This document shows, in pieces, positions 27,018 to 39,519 of a DNA stretch of 64,000 nt (within the stretch, counting starts at the first letter, position 1; every line of letters starts with the position of its first letter). The notes beneath the pieces were generated by a model. The model made no database searches. It was given only the letters and a program-made list of their open reading frames with translations, and was not told the origin of the DNA. Made by a program: the position numbers and the translations under genes. The stretch is from Eledone cirrhosa (Eukaryota): contig OZ024747.1 in assembly GCA_964016885.1 (NCBI GenBank), positions 21,762,001-21,826,000 on the forward strand, in the 5' to 3' direction.

Positions 27018-27369
27018 CAGATGTTCTCAAACTTTTTGGGCCACTGTCCCCCCCCCCCCCCTCATAGCCACATAATAAACTCAGCACTTCCGAACCCTAT
27101 TTCCAGAGAGATCTGCCTACACGTAAATTATAAATAATATATAATAAATAAAATCGTTAATTTATATATAATAATTTATATACTATGTATAAATAAATAT
27201 TATATATTTTTTATTTTACTACATTTATATATAATATGCATCATTTGATATTTAATATACTATTATATCATCTCTAGCGCCTCCTTAGGCCCCAGTTCCC
27301 CCATGGACGTTCTCAACCCCCCACCCCACCACCCCGAGGGGGCAGTAGCGCTCACTTTGAGAACCTCTG
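27018..27369. mobile_element. Non-autonomous hAT (Charlie-like) MITE
   Basis: TIRs cagatgttctcaaa / tttgagaacctctg; perfect 8-bp TSD cagtagtg (27010-27017, 27370-27377). Confidence 0.88.
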
Positions 27370-27964
27370 CAGTAGTGGACTGCATTTTCTTTGTGAGCCA
27401 TTGTTAGTAGCGGTCTTACTACTCAAATATATTTTTACATGGATAACACCAACCAGAAATTTATTCAAGCTGATATTAAACTGAAACAATGTTTTCCTTG
27501 TCAATGTATTGAGGCTAAACATTTATCCTGAATTACTTTAGATAACACCAATCGTGGTTGTTATTTATATATTTTCTCCCAATCATGCTGTGCCCTTGAT
27601 GTTATGATTCTAGAATTTTCATTGTTCTAATTCATTCATATGCATTATTGTGTTGAATTTCTGAGCACCTTATAGCTTGGCAAAAGAAATATTTTTTATC
27701 AACATAATTAAACAATGTTTTTGTATTAAGAAACGCCTACTCTTTTGCTTATCTTTATATCACTTGTGAAAAACATTATGTTAAATGCTTAAAATTAAAA
27801 ATAAAAATGTACTTGAAAAACAAGCTGTTGCTATGTATGATCATGATTTCACTATTTTTATTCATCAGCTTCAAAAAAGATGTTTTCTGTCCATGCTCTA
27901 CAAGCTGAACAAATGAAATAAGATTAACAAAGGATAGGCATATATAGAAACTATGTTTTGGTCC

Positions 27965-30592
27965 TGCTGGGTTTATAGTAATCCTCCGCCACCAGACTGG
28001 CTAGGTGGAAGTATTGGTTTAGTCACTGACAACCCAACAACCAGGGTTTTTAACAATACTCCCCAACCAGACTAGCTAGGTGGAGGTATTGGTTTAGTCA
28101 CTGACAACCCAACAACCAGGGTTTTTAACAATACTCCCCTGCCAGACTAGCTAGGTGGAAGTATTGATTTAGTCACTGACAACCCAACAACCAGGGTTTT
28201 TAACAATATTCCCCAGCCAGACTAGCTATGTGGAAGTCTTGGTATAGTCACTGACAACCCAACAACCAGGGTTTTTAACAATACTCCCCTGCCAGACTAG
28301 CTAGGTGGAAGTATTGGTTTAGTCACTGACAACCCAACAACCAGGGTTTTTAACAATACTCCCCAACCAGACTAGCTAGGTGGAAGTATTGGTTTAGTCA
28401 CTGACAACCCAACAACCAGGGTTTTTAACAATACTCCCCAACCAGACTAGCTAGGTGGAGGTATTGGTTTAGTCACTGACAACCCAACAACCAGGGTTTT
28501 TAACAATGCTCCCCAACCAGACTAGCTAGGTGGAAGTATTGGTTTAGTCACTGACAACCCAACAACCAGGGTTTTTAACAATACTCCCCAACCAGACTAG
28601 CTAGGTGGAGGTATTGGTTTAGTCACTGACAACCCAACAACCAGGGTTTTTAACAATACTCCCCGACCAGACTAGCTAGGTGGAAGTATTGGTTTAGTCA
28701 CTGACAACCCAACAACCAGGGTTTTTAACAATACTTCCCAACCAGACTAGCTAGGTGGAGGTATTGGTTTAGTCACTGACAACTCCACAACCAGGGTTTT
28801 TAACAATACTCCCCAACCAGACTAGCTAGGTGGAAGTATTGGTTTAGTCACTGACAACCCAACAACCAGGGTTTTTAACAATACTCCCCAACCAGACTAG
28901 CTAGGTGGAGGTATTGGTTTAGTCACTGACAACCCAACAACCAGGGTTTTTAACAATACTCCCCAACCAGACTAGCTAGGTGGAAGTATTGGTTTAGTCA
29001 CTGACAACCCAACAACCAGGGTTTTTAACAATACTCCCCAACCAGACTAGCTAGGTGGAAGTATTGGTTTAGTCACTGACAACCCAACAACCAGGGTTTT
29101 TAACAATACTCCCCAACCAGACTAGCTAGGTGGAAGTATTGATTTAGTCACTGACAACCCAACAACCAGGGTTTTTAACAATATTCCCCAGCCAGACTAG
29201 CTAAGTGGAAGTATTGGTTTAGTCACTGACAACCCAACAACCAGGGTTTTTAACAATACTCCCCTGCTAAACTAGCTAGGTGGAAGTATTGGTTTAGTCA
29301 CTGACAACCCAACAACCAGGGTTTTTAACAATACTCCCCAACCAGACTAGCTAGGTGGAAGTATTGGTTTAGTCACTGACAACCCAACAACCAGGGTTTT
29401 TAACAATACTCCCCAACCAGACTAGCTAGGTGGAAGTATTGGTTTAGTCACTGACAACCCAACAACCAGGGTTTTTAACAATACTCCCCAACCAGACTAG
29501 CTAGGTGGAAGTATTGGTTTAGTCACTGACAACCCAACAACCAGGGTTTTTAACAATACTCCCCAACCAGACTAGCTAGGTGGAAGTATTGATTTAGTCA
29601 CTGACAACCCAACAACCAGGGTTTTTAACAATATTCCCCAGCCAGACTAGCTAAGTGGAAGTATTGGTTTAGTCACTGACAACCCAACAACCAGGGTTTT
29701 TAACACTACTCCCCAACCAGACTAGCTAGGTGGAAGTATTGGTTTAGTCACTGACAACCCAACAACCAGGGTTTTTAACAATACTCCCCAACCAGACTAG
29801 CTAGGTGGAAGTATTGGTTTAGTCACTGACAACCCAACAACCAGGGTTTTTAACAATACTCCCCAACCAGACTAGCTAGGTGGAAGTATTGATTTAGTCA
29901 CTGACAACCCAACAACCAGGGTTTTTAACAATATTCCCCAGCCAGACTAGCTAAGTGGAAGTATTGGTTTAGTCACTGACAACCCAACAACCAGGGTTTT
30001 TAACAATACTCCCCTGCTAGACTAGCTAGGTGGAAGTATTGGTTTAGTCACTGACAACCCAACAACCAGGGTTTTTAACAATACTCCCCAACCAGACTAG
30101 CTAGGTGGAAGTATTGGTTTAGTCACTGACAACCCAACAACCAGGGTTTTTAACAATACTCCCCAACCAGACTAGCTAGGTGGAAGTATTGGTTTAGTCA
30201 CTGACAACCCAACAACCAGGGTTTTTAACAATACTCCCCAACCAGACTAGCTAGGTGGAAGTATTGGTTTAGTCACTGACAACCCAACAACCAGGGTTTT
30301 TAACAATACTCCCCAACCAGACTAGCTAGGTGGAAGTATTGGTTTAGTCACTGACAACCCAACAACCAGGGTTTTTAACAATACTCCCCTGCCAGACTAG
30401 CTAGGTGGAGGTATTGGTTTAGTCACTGACAACCCAACAACCAGGGTTTTTAACAATACTCCCCAACCAGACTAGCTTGGTGGGGGTATTGGTTTAGTCC
30501 CTGACAATCCCAAAACCAGGGTTTTTAGTAATCCTCCCCAACCAGACTAGCCTGGTGATGGCGATACTTTAGTCACTGACAACCGAACAACC
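27965..30592. repeat. 75-bp minisatellite, about 35 copies
   Basis: Unit ccagactagctaggtggaagtattggtttagtcactgacaacccaacaaccagggtttttaacaatactccccaa; period 75 (28021, 28096, 28171...). Confidence 0.97.
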
Positions 30593-31229
30593 ATGTAAAA
30601 CAGGTTGTACTGGATTACATGTTACCATTAACACTCAGACCAACCTGGAATAATAAAATCTATTTCCCCAGCTAGCATGTGTTGACTAGGTTATCACAGA
30701 CCAAGTCAGTATTTAATCAGAGCTACTACTGACCTCTCAAAGGGGTTGAGGGCTTCTTCTCATTAACATATATCCTTACGCTCTATAAAGTGCACCAAAC
30801 ACATTTATCATGGCACCCACTCTAGGAAGGTTGTCATGTCTTTTCATTACTGAAAATACTTCTCGGCCTTATGTTTGGCAGGTTTTCAATGGCTAGATGC
30901 CCTTCCTATCACCAACCATTTTACCGAGTGTACTGAGTACATTTTCCATTATATCAGCACTCGAGAGGTTGCCATGTCATAACTAAAGAGTTATCTCTAC
31001 TGTTTTGGGGTATGGTTTCTATGGCTGGAAGCCCTTCCTAGCACCAACCACTTTACAGAGTGTAATGGGTGCATTCATTTTATCATGGTACCAGCAATAG
31101 TGAGGTTACTGGTGATTGGCTCAACTGAAGAACCTTCTTTACCTACCTCATGGGGTGGGGAGAAAAGGTAGTATAGCATCAGTAAGGGTATGACGAATAA
31201 GAAGTGTGCCATATATATGTATGTTTTAA

Positions 31230-31449
31230 CCCTTTAGCATTTAAACTGGCCATATCCAGCCAGAATTCTTTCACTTCTTTCAGTTCAAACAAGCAGTAAC
31301 TGGCCACTCATACTGATGTTAAGGTATTGTTCTTAAAATAAATAATATTAAAATCTCATAGATTCAATATTATGTGAGATATTATGTGAGATAAAGCCTT
31401 TACTGCGAAAATATAATAGTATATATAGAGTAATGTAAATGCTAAAGGG
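31230..31449. mobile_element. piggyBac-like MITE
   Basis: Perfect 14-bp TIRs ccctttagcattta / taaatgctaaaggg, with TTAA on both sides. Confidence 0.9.
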
Positions 31450-32233
31450 TTAAATGGCCAACATGGTTTTACTACAATGTAATTGTTTTAGTCTCAACAT
31501 AATACATGTTGAGATCAGATCAAATCAGTTGTTAAATAAGAAACAACAGCAGAACATTTATAGTAAATATAATTAGCTTCAGCAATTTACTAATTCTTTT
31601 AAGATGTGTTAAGTACTGGGTTAAAAGTTGTTATTAAATTAGTTAGTTCTTGTATTTAGCAATCAACATTTCAATCCTAAATGCTGAAGATTGAATAGCT
31701 AGTTAAATTCATAAACCAGTTGTTTCCTACTTGGAACCAATTCCCTTCTAATTACACATCTAATGCTCTTGAGAACGACATGAACATCACATAATCTCCA
31801 ATAAAATTACAGCTTTCTGCCAAAATAAGAAATCAATAATTCTTTTTTAATTTATTTTTTCCTGTTTTTTGTTTTGTTTTGTTTTGTTTTTTTAGATTTG
31901 GGATTTTTCTTTAGGGGTTGGGATGAAGTAGAGATGGAAACAACACAATTATCTGAAAATAGTATTTAAGAAAAGTCTTTTAAAAGACTCAACAGTCTAA
32001 AAAAGCCTCCTCGGCAAGCAAAGCAGAAGTCTAACATTGAACAACCTATATAGAAAGAATACAGGAAATTCCGGTTGTTAGCATGTCGGGGTGGGGTGGG
32101 GGAGAGATCCAAAACAGTAAGTTAGAAGAAAGAAAGAAAAGAAGTTGAAATCAAGGTTGGATATAGACTTAGACAGACAGACTGACAAACTGACGGATTG
32201 ATTAAATGATTAAATGGATTGTTGAAGTGTGAG

Positions 32234-32234
<1 letters not shown>

Positions 32235-32321
<87 letters not shown>

Positions 32322-32722
32322 CCGATGAAAAGAGGAGAGAATGGAAGAAAGGACAGGAGTGACAGTCGGATTTTGATGTGGAGAGAAAAAAGAGGAAAGA
32401 ATAAAAATGAAAGATAGACTGATGGTGTAGCAGAGGGAAAGGGAGGGGAGCAGGGATGACAGACTGATGGTGTAGCAGAGGGAAAGGGAGGGGAGCAGGG
32501 ATGACAGACTGATAAACTTACAACAAACTAAAATTGTAAGAGAAATTAGACAGGCAAAGTGAGAGAAACAGGAAGGCAAAATGATAGTAACAAAACCTAA
32601 GGCAGACTAACAGACAGACAGAGAGAGAGAGGGGAGGAGTAAGAAAGAGAGAGGTGGGAGAAATGAGGGAGATAGAGATAGAAAGAAAAAGAGAGAGAAG
32701 ATAGACATCTATAACGATAGAT

Positions 32723-32765
<43 letters not shown>

Positions 32766-32830
32766 GGAGAGAGAGATGAGGGGGAGAGAGAGAGAGATGG
32801 GGGGAGACAGTATAGAGATAAGCAAGACAA
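32235..32830. repeat. (GA)n microsatellites and purine-rich low-complexity DNA
   Basis: Direct inspection. Confidence 0.9.
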
Positions 32831-33245
32831 ATCGAAAGATAGAGAAATAGAAAGGGAAAAAATGAAAGAAAAACGGAAATATACAGACAAGATACTAGAG
32901 AAAGAGGGAGTGTGTTGAGTAGAACTGAATACGGTGGTTGAACAGTTATTGGTGAGAGAGAGACATGATCAAGAGGCAACTAAGAACAACACATTAAGTG
33001 GCGAGGCAAGCTCAGTTCAAACAAAATTCAGTAATAGACGTTGCTAGATCGATCTCTGTCTTCAATATAGAATTACAGAAAACATATCGCAGATGAAGTT
33101 CCGACATATATTGAAGAAAACACCGACAATGTATGTGAGTGAGTGTGTGTGTGTATACTGAAGAAGTTAAGTGGAAATATCCAAGAGTAAGAGCACTCAG
33201 TCCATAGGACGAGTTTAGTATAAATAATTACAACAGGGACATAAA

Positions 33246-33293
33246 CAAGTACTCAAGTTTCGTTGTGTTCTGGGCCCCAATTTCTTCAGCCTG
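33246..33293 (-). ncRNA. Minimal hammerhead ribozyme in a Penelope-like terminal fragment (33155-33320)
   Basis: Minus strand: cagg-CTGAAGA-aattg gggcccagaaca caac-GAAAC-ttga-GTA-cttg. Stem I is extended by a ~25-bp inverted repeat; the fragment abuts (TA)n. Confidence 0.7.
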
Positions 33294-33800
33294 TCCTGTT
33301 TATGTCACTGTTGTAATTATATATATATATATTCTAAAGAGTCGGGACACCGACGGGCGAGCTCTTGCCGTTTCAACAGTGCGTGTATGTGATTTTGTAT
33401 TTTTGCATCCTTGTTTGTTTTGTTTCATTTATCAACTATAAATATATAAATATAAAGAAAAGGAAGAAAGAAATCATTACATATTCAACATCAATTGATT
33501 TCATTATATCATCCTGTTATGTACATTTCGAAGACACTAAAATGTCGTTATTCAACAGTTATTCAATGTGTTGTCGTTAGACAGGAGTTTAAATACTCTT
33601 TTACCTGTTCCAGCCATCCGGCTGAGGCCATGCTGGGACACCGCCCTTGAAATGTAAATAAAAATAAAATTTTGTTTTTGCTTTTGATATGCTTGCCATT
33701 GGAGAGATGTTGAAGCATAATGAAAACAAAACTATATTTAAACTCGTCTCTGACACAATGCATCGAATAACTATTGAATAACGACTCTTTGGTGCCTTTG

Positions 33801-33883
<83 letters not shown>

Positions 33884-34034
33884 CATCATCATCATTTTAC
33901 GTCCGCTTTTCCCTGCTTGCAAATGTTGGACGGGTCCTATTCAGTACAGCATCTCTCCATTTGTCACGGTCCTTCGTAAATATATAATATAATATATAAA
34001 TATATATAATATATAAATATATATATATATATAG

Positions 34035-34219
34035 TAATTATTTCTACTTTTGGCACAAGGCCGACAATTCTCCCAGTGCATTACTGGTACTTTATTTTAT
34101 CGACCTCGTAAGGATGAAAGGCAAAGTTAACCTCGGGATTTGAACTCAGACCATAAAGGGCCGTAACTCTTTGCTGCAAAACATGGCGTCCGACCCTCTA
34201 CCGATACTGCCAATCCACC
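34035..34219 (-). mobile_element. tRNA-derived SINE
   Basis: Same family as 37354-37531. Confidence 0.9.
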
Positions 34220-34288
34220 AAACTTTATTCTGTCTAGTTCTTCCCGTTTATCCTGGTACCATATTTATAGTGCGTGCGTGAAAATATG

Positions 34289-34560
34289 TGAAGGCACATG
34301 GCTTAGTGGTTCGAGCTTGCAATCGTGAGGTGACGGACCAGGTGATGTGTTGTGTCCTTCAACTGTAGTAACAAGTTGCGACGGGTACCAAGTTGTTTCG
34401 GCCTTTGCTTATCCCTTGGACAACATCGGTGGTGTGGAGAGGAGCGACTGGTATGCATGAGCGGCTACTGGTCTTCCATAAACCTTGCCTGGACTTGTGC
34501 CTCGGAGAGGGAACTTTCAAGGCGCAAATCCCATGGTCATTCGTGACCGAAGGGGGCTCT
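34289..34560 (+). mobile_element. Second tRNA-derived SINE family (CORE-like), internally deleted
   Basis: Head tgaaggcacatggcttagtggtt; homologous to 51628-51950. Confidence 0.7.
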
Positions 34561-34582
34561 TTATGTGTTAATATATATATAT

Positions 34583-35121
34583 AATCATTTTACGTCCGCT
34601 TTTGCCTGCTTGCAAGGGTTGGACGGGTCCTATTCAGCACAGCATCTCACCACTTGTCACGGTCCTTCGTCATCTCCTCGGTGAGTTTCAGCGATCTAAG
34701 GTCAGCTCTCACCACCTCCGCCCATGTTTTTCGTGGTCTACTCTACTGCGTCTTTCTTCTACTGGGATTTCTTGGCACTTCTTTACCCAGCGGTCATCCT
34801 CCATGCGCATCACATGTCCATACCATCTCAGCCTTCTCCCCTGCACACCACAACTTATCCCTCTTATACCCAGTTTCTTTCTCAACTCGTCTATGCTTGG
34901 TCGTTCACGCACATTGGCATTGCACATCCAACGGAGCATACTTGCTTCATTTCTCTCCAGCCGTCGTATATCTTCTGCAGTTGCTGCCCATGTCTCACTA
35001 CCATGTAGCATCGCGCATCTCACACAAGCATCATATAACCGTCCTTTCGTACGCAGGGAGAAACCCTTCTTTGTCAACAGAGGAAGCAGCTCCTTAAATT
35101 TCTTCCAACCCGTCCTTATTC
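34583..35121 (-). mobile_element. RTE-clade LINE 3' fragment
   Basis: RIRTGWKKFKELLPLL...KGRLYDACVRCAMLHGSETW...RLERNEASMLRWMC...RRLRWYGHVMRM; near-identical to 12434-12728. Confidence 0.93.
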
Positions 35122-35867
35122 TATATATATATATATGAGAGGGGGGGTGCGTGCGTGTGTGCACATTAAAGTAGCAATGACTTCGAAGTTCCAGCTTTTA
35201 CACCCAACCCACAAATACCTGAGTTCTCACTCAGTTAATACTGTGATATCTGAAACACCCATTTCAAATATAATAAGTTAAGTATTTCCTTGCGGTTGTT
35301 TAGATGTTATATATACTTGGAAATAAAATACTTTAATATGTATTCAATACCTTTAAATACTATTCGGACTTAAATACTATTCGGACTGACTGTACCTGTA
35401 ATTCGAAGAGCCAACCTTGTCACTCACTGTGTCACGTTGAAACTCCCTGAGAATTACGTTAAGAGTACACGTGTCTGTAGAATGCCAAGCCACTCATATA
35501 TTAATTTCATAAGCATGCTGTTCCGTTTGAATGATCAAATAGAACACTCATCGTCAAAACCGACGGAGATCCATATATTTCATGAGTTAGTTGCTAATTG
35601 TGTTCTAGTCGAATAGGTGACATTTTCCAGGTTTTCATTCTATTAGTTTCTTCTTTTCTTATTTGTCGTATTTCTTCATTTATTTTTATGAAAATAATTG
35701 TTTTTAATGAAATACTGCCATTGCAGAGAAGAGCATTCTTTTTACAGTCCGTTGGACATGTGGTTAGGAGTGTATTTTCTTGAACACGGTTTACTGACAT
35801 TGTAGTAAAAGGTTTGTTTTTACAGATTATTGGTCTTGGACTTTGTTTTTTGTTTTATGGTCTAGTA

Positions 35868-36148
35868 CAGGGGGTGTGCAACATATTCCATTGGAACATA
35901 TTCCATTTGAAAATTGGAACAACTATTAGAGCCATTAATATTTATTAAGCTCTATTCCAAAGATTCACCACAACTTCTTTCCATAACATGGAACTGGGAA
36001 ATCATAACGCACATAACCCTATCAGTGAAGCCCTTTAGTATAGGTCAACTAACGGAATATTGTATTACGGTTACGAAACAAATTCTAAATAAGTCTACAA
36101 GGTTAAAATTAAAAACGGTCATCGCAGGCTGCCTGTTGCACGCCCCTG
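35868..36148. mobile_element. Non-autonomous hAT MITE
   Basis: TIRs cagggggtgtgcaac / gttgcacgcccctg; perfect 8-bp TSD gtctagta (35860-35867, 36149-36156). Confidence 0.88.
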
Positions 36149-36435
36149 GTCTAGTACGTGAGAATGTGTTAATATATATATATTCCCATACAATATGTTG
36201 ATATGTTGAGAGAGACTGTGTGTGAAAGACAAATAGATATCACAATAGTAACTAACCTGTTACCGACTTGCGTGTTCGTTACTCGAGTCACAGTTCGTTC
36301 ATGAATCGAGACGTTTTATATTCGGAAAAATTGTTCGTGAACAGATTCGTTCGTGATGTGAGGCGTTCGTGAACGGAAGTTTGTGTGTATGTATGTATGC
36401 ACGTGTATATATGTGTATATATATATATATATATA

Positions 36436-36783
36436 CAGTTGTCCCCCTGTATTCGCGGGGGTTACGTTCCTAGAGCACCCGCGTAGAGTTAAAAAAAACG
36501 CGAATATCGGACGTTGTCCATAAAAGTGTATATAATCGTCAAAATATAATTTTTTAAATGCGAAGGCGGGGGGGAGGGGTCCAATAGGCCAGCAAATACA
36601 GTATATTGTTAATAATTTAGCGTTAAAATATATATATATATATTGTCACGAAAAAAGCCATAAAAAATAGAGGAAGATATACGATTCCACGAATAATGCG
36701 GTGGTTTCCACGAACAATTATTAGTTAGGTTCTAAGAAAAATTCAGCGAATAACAGGGACCGCGAATGCCGGGGTACACAGTG
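36436..36783. mobile_element. Tigger/pogo-like MITE
   Basis: TA|cagttgtccccctgtattcgcgggggttacgttcc ... accgcgaatgccggggtacacagtg, inserted in a TA-rich tract. Confidence 0.65.
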
Positions 36784-36884
36784 TGTGTGTATATATATAT
36801 ATACATACATACATACGTGCGTGCGTTAGGAAATTAACAAAATATTTGGAAATGGAAGAAAGGATGTAAGACTTATATGTATTC

Positions 36885-37240
36885 GTTTGAAGTCTCATGA
36901 GCCGGTTGGATTTGGGAAGAGACCAGACGGCCCAGACGAGACACCTGCCTCTTACCCAGGGACTAGTCCCTGGGTAAGAGGCAGGTGTCTCATCTGGGAC
37001 ACTACAGTCAATGACTCTTTTGCTCCCTCCCACATAGTGGATGCCGTGGTAAATGTGATGGTCACTGCTTCCGTTGCCGAACGGCATAAAATTCTAAAAT
37101 ACCGGAAACTATCAAATAACTATTTTTTTCATCCTGTGGTGTTCGAGGAAGAAGTCGGGCCGCTGACAGCGAAGTTCTTGTCATTGTTGGCGGCTTGCCT
37201 TACTGCGAGTGTATTGGCTTGTCTCAAAATATTCCGTTGA
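36885..37240 (+). mobile_element. CRE-like non-LTR retrotransposon fossil, restriction-like endonuclease domain
   Basis: EPVGFGKRPDG...PWVRGRCLIWDTTVNDSFAPSHI...AERHKILKYRKLSNNYFFHPVVFE..GPLTAKFL matches the PD-(D/E)XK RLE signature (RPDG...WD.T..D...AE..K..KY...F.P..ET.G). Confidence 0.8.
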
Positions 37241-37353
37241 CCCTTGTGATGTGCGGCCGATTGTCGCACTTGGTGGTGAATTGATGGTCGTTTTTGTTTC
37301 CTTTTTTCCCTTTCTCTCACTTTGATCGAGTATTTTTATGCATTATATTTGTG

Positions 37354-37531
37354 GGATTGGCAGTATCGGTAGAGGGTCGGACGCCATGCTTTCCAGCATA
37401 GTTACGTCCCTTTACGATCTGAGTTCAAATCCCGCCGAGGTTGACTTTGCCTTTCATCCTTACGGGGTCGATAAAATAAAGTACCAGTAATGTACTGGTT
37501 AATTGCTGGCCTTGTGCCTAAAGTAGAAACA
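37354..37531 (+). mobile_element. Young tRNA-derived SINE with 12-bp TSD
   Basis: A box TGGCAGTATCGG, B box GAGTTCAAATCC; TSD attatatttgtg at 37342-37353 and 37532-37543. The core gcctttcatccttacggggtcgataaaataaagtaccag resembles, from memory, the MetaSINE domain. Confidence 0.92.
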
Positions 37532-38014
37532 ATTATATTTGTGAGGTTCCTAGTAATAGTTAATTGTATTTATTATATGTGTTTATATTTCCATTCTGAA
37601 AGAATTGTAAACAATTTGTAATGTTATTAATACAACTGTGAATAAAGCCTGCATCTTATTGAACTGCATTTCACAACCATATCCATTCAACTTTTATCAT
37701 CAATGATATATTATTCTCGTAAATATTGATATCATTGAAGTTAATCTTAAATCCCACCGAGGTCAACTTTGTCTTTAATCCTTTCAGGGTCGAATGAATT
37801 AATTTACCAGTCAACTACTAGGGTCGGTTTAATCGAATTTCCCTTCCCCAAACTTCTGTCCTTGTAAACACTACACTTAAAAGTCCTTGCAGAGTAGTCA
37901 ATAGTGTTTCGATTATCCCCAATACCACCAATTACATTATACATTACAACCACCATATTATATATGGAATACATGGTTCTACAAGATACATTCAGTAATT
38001 GTAAAAATTTAATA

Positions 38015-38230
38015 GATGGTAGAACCGGTAGAGCGTCAGACACCATGCTTAGCAATATAGAGTTACCGCCCCTTTACGTTCTGAGTTCAAATCCAATCGA
38101 GATTATAGCTTTGCCTTTCATCCTTACGTGGTCGATAAAATAAAATACCAGTAATGCACTGAGTCGATTTAATCGACTTTCCCTTTCTCCTAAAATTGTG
38201 GGCTTTGTGCCTAAATTAGAAACCATTATT
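38015..38230 (+). mobile_element. tRNA-derived SINE, longer variant
   Basis: Same head, core and tail, plus a gagtcgatttaatcgact segment. Confidence 0.85.
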
Positions 38231-39519
38231 ATCATGGTTAATATTATCCATTATCGACATGAAATTCGTTAAGATGATTAAAACATTTAAAAAGTTTACT
38301 TTTATAAGACTACAACAAAGAACAAAAGTATTCGATGACGAAAGAATTAAAGAACCAAAAGTATTCAATTGAAAAGTATCTTTCACGTTTTAAGTGTCGA
38401 TTCTTAACGTCAGTCTTATTATTTCATTAAAATGTTTTATTCTATTTCATATATTTTGAAATCACTTCAGACATAACCTACAACAACCGCGAGAGAAGCA
38501 AGATCGAAGACACAATTTTATTATAAAACAAGAATAAAACACCTTCTTTAGCTAATGTTTGCTCAATATATAAATAACTGTTTGTATGTTTATGTATAAA
38601 GAGAGAACTGTAAATGTGTGTATATTTATGTATAACTATGTATGTTTCACTCAATCCAAGTTATATATATCATTAATATTTTATCAGTAACACAATCGTT
38701 TGATTTATCTCCTGTAAAGATTTTCAACTCACTTTGATATTTTTTGCCAAATTCCTAAATACTGATAATGACCTTCACATCCTTTGAGTTACGCAATTAG
38801 GTAACTAGGTTCCTGAAAAAAATTTAATTGGGTCAATCACAAGCTATTACAGCTGATACTAATAGACGATAAGCCGTTTATATGCTTAGTTTCTTTGATT
38901 TTCGTGCAACAATGTTTGGAGCAACTTAATTCATATATAATTCTTCGAATATTATATACATCTCAAAACTAATTGTCCCCATCGCTAAAAGTGAAATATT
39001 TATCTATAACTTCTAAAGATTCACGAACTATATGAAATTCAGTGTTAAAGGTAAATGAATCGATTTGATACTCAGGTGTTAGTATATGGTGGGGGTAGGG
39101 GGTAATACTAAAATGCAGCGTAAGCGACATCCTTGTATTTCGCTTACGAATTCTTGCAATTTCATATATATGCTTTTGAGCTAGACATGGCCTGAGCCAG
39201 CGGTGGCAGAAAGTTATCGTGTGTGTGTGTGTGGGGGGGGGGGGTCTGTGTGTGTGTGTCATCATCGTTTTTCGTCCATTTTTCCACGCTGACACGGGTT
39301 AGACGAGTTGTCCTCTTGTGAGCAATGTCTTGCTCATACAGAACTGATTTTGGCTTGATTTCTACAGCTGGATGCCCTTCCTAACGCCAACCTCATTTAC
39401 GGTGAGTTATATATATGTGTGTGTGAGTGCATGCATCAATGAAAAAAAGAAGGCTGGATTTCAAATATTCATTTACTGTTACATCACGATACGTATTTCA
39501 ATGGCCAACAAGCTCGCAA

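Noticed and set aside
23598-30592. CRISPR-like appearance of the regular arrays
   Set aside because: Units are contiguous with no unique spacers; no cas genes; eukaryotic context.
37354-37440. tRNA gene suggested by A and B boxes
   Set aside because: No cloverleaf; it continues into a multi-copy SINE body with a TSD.
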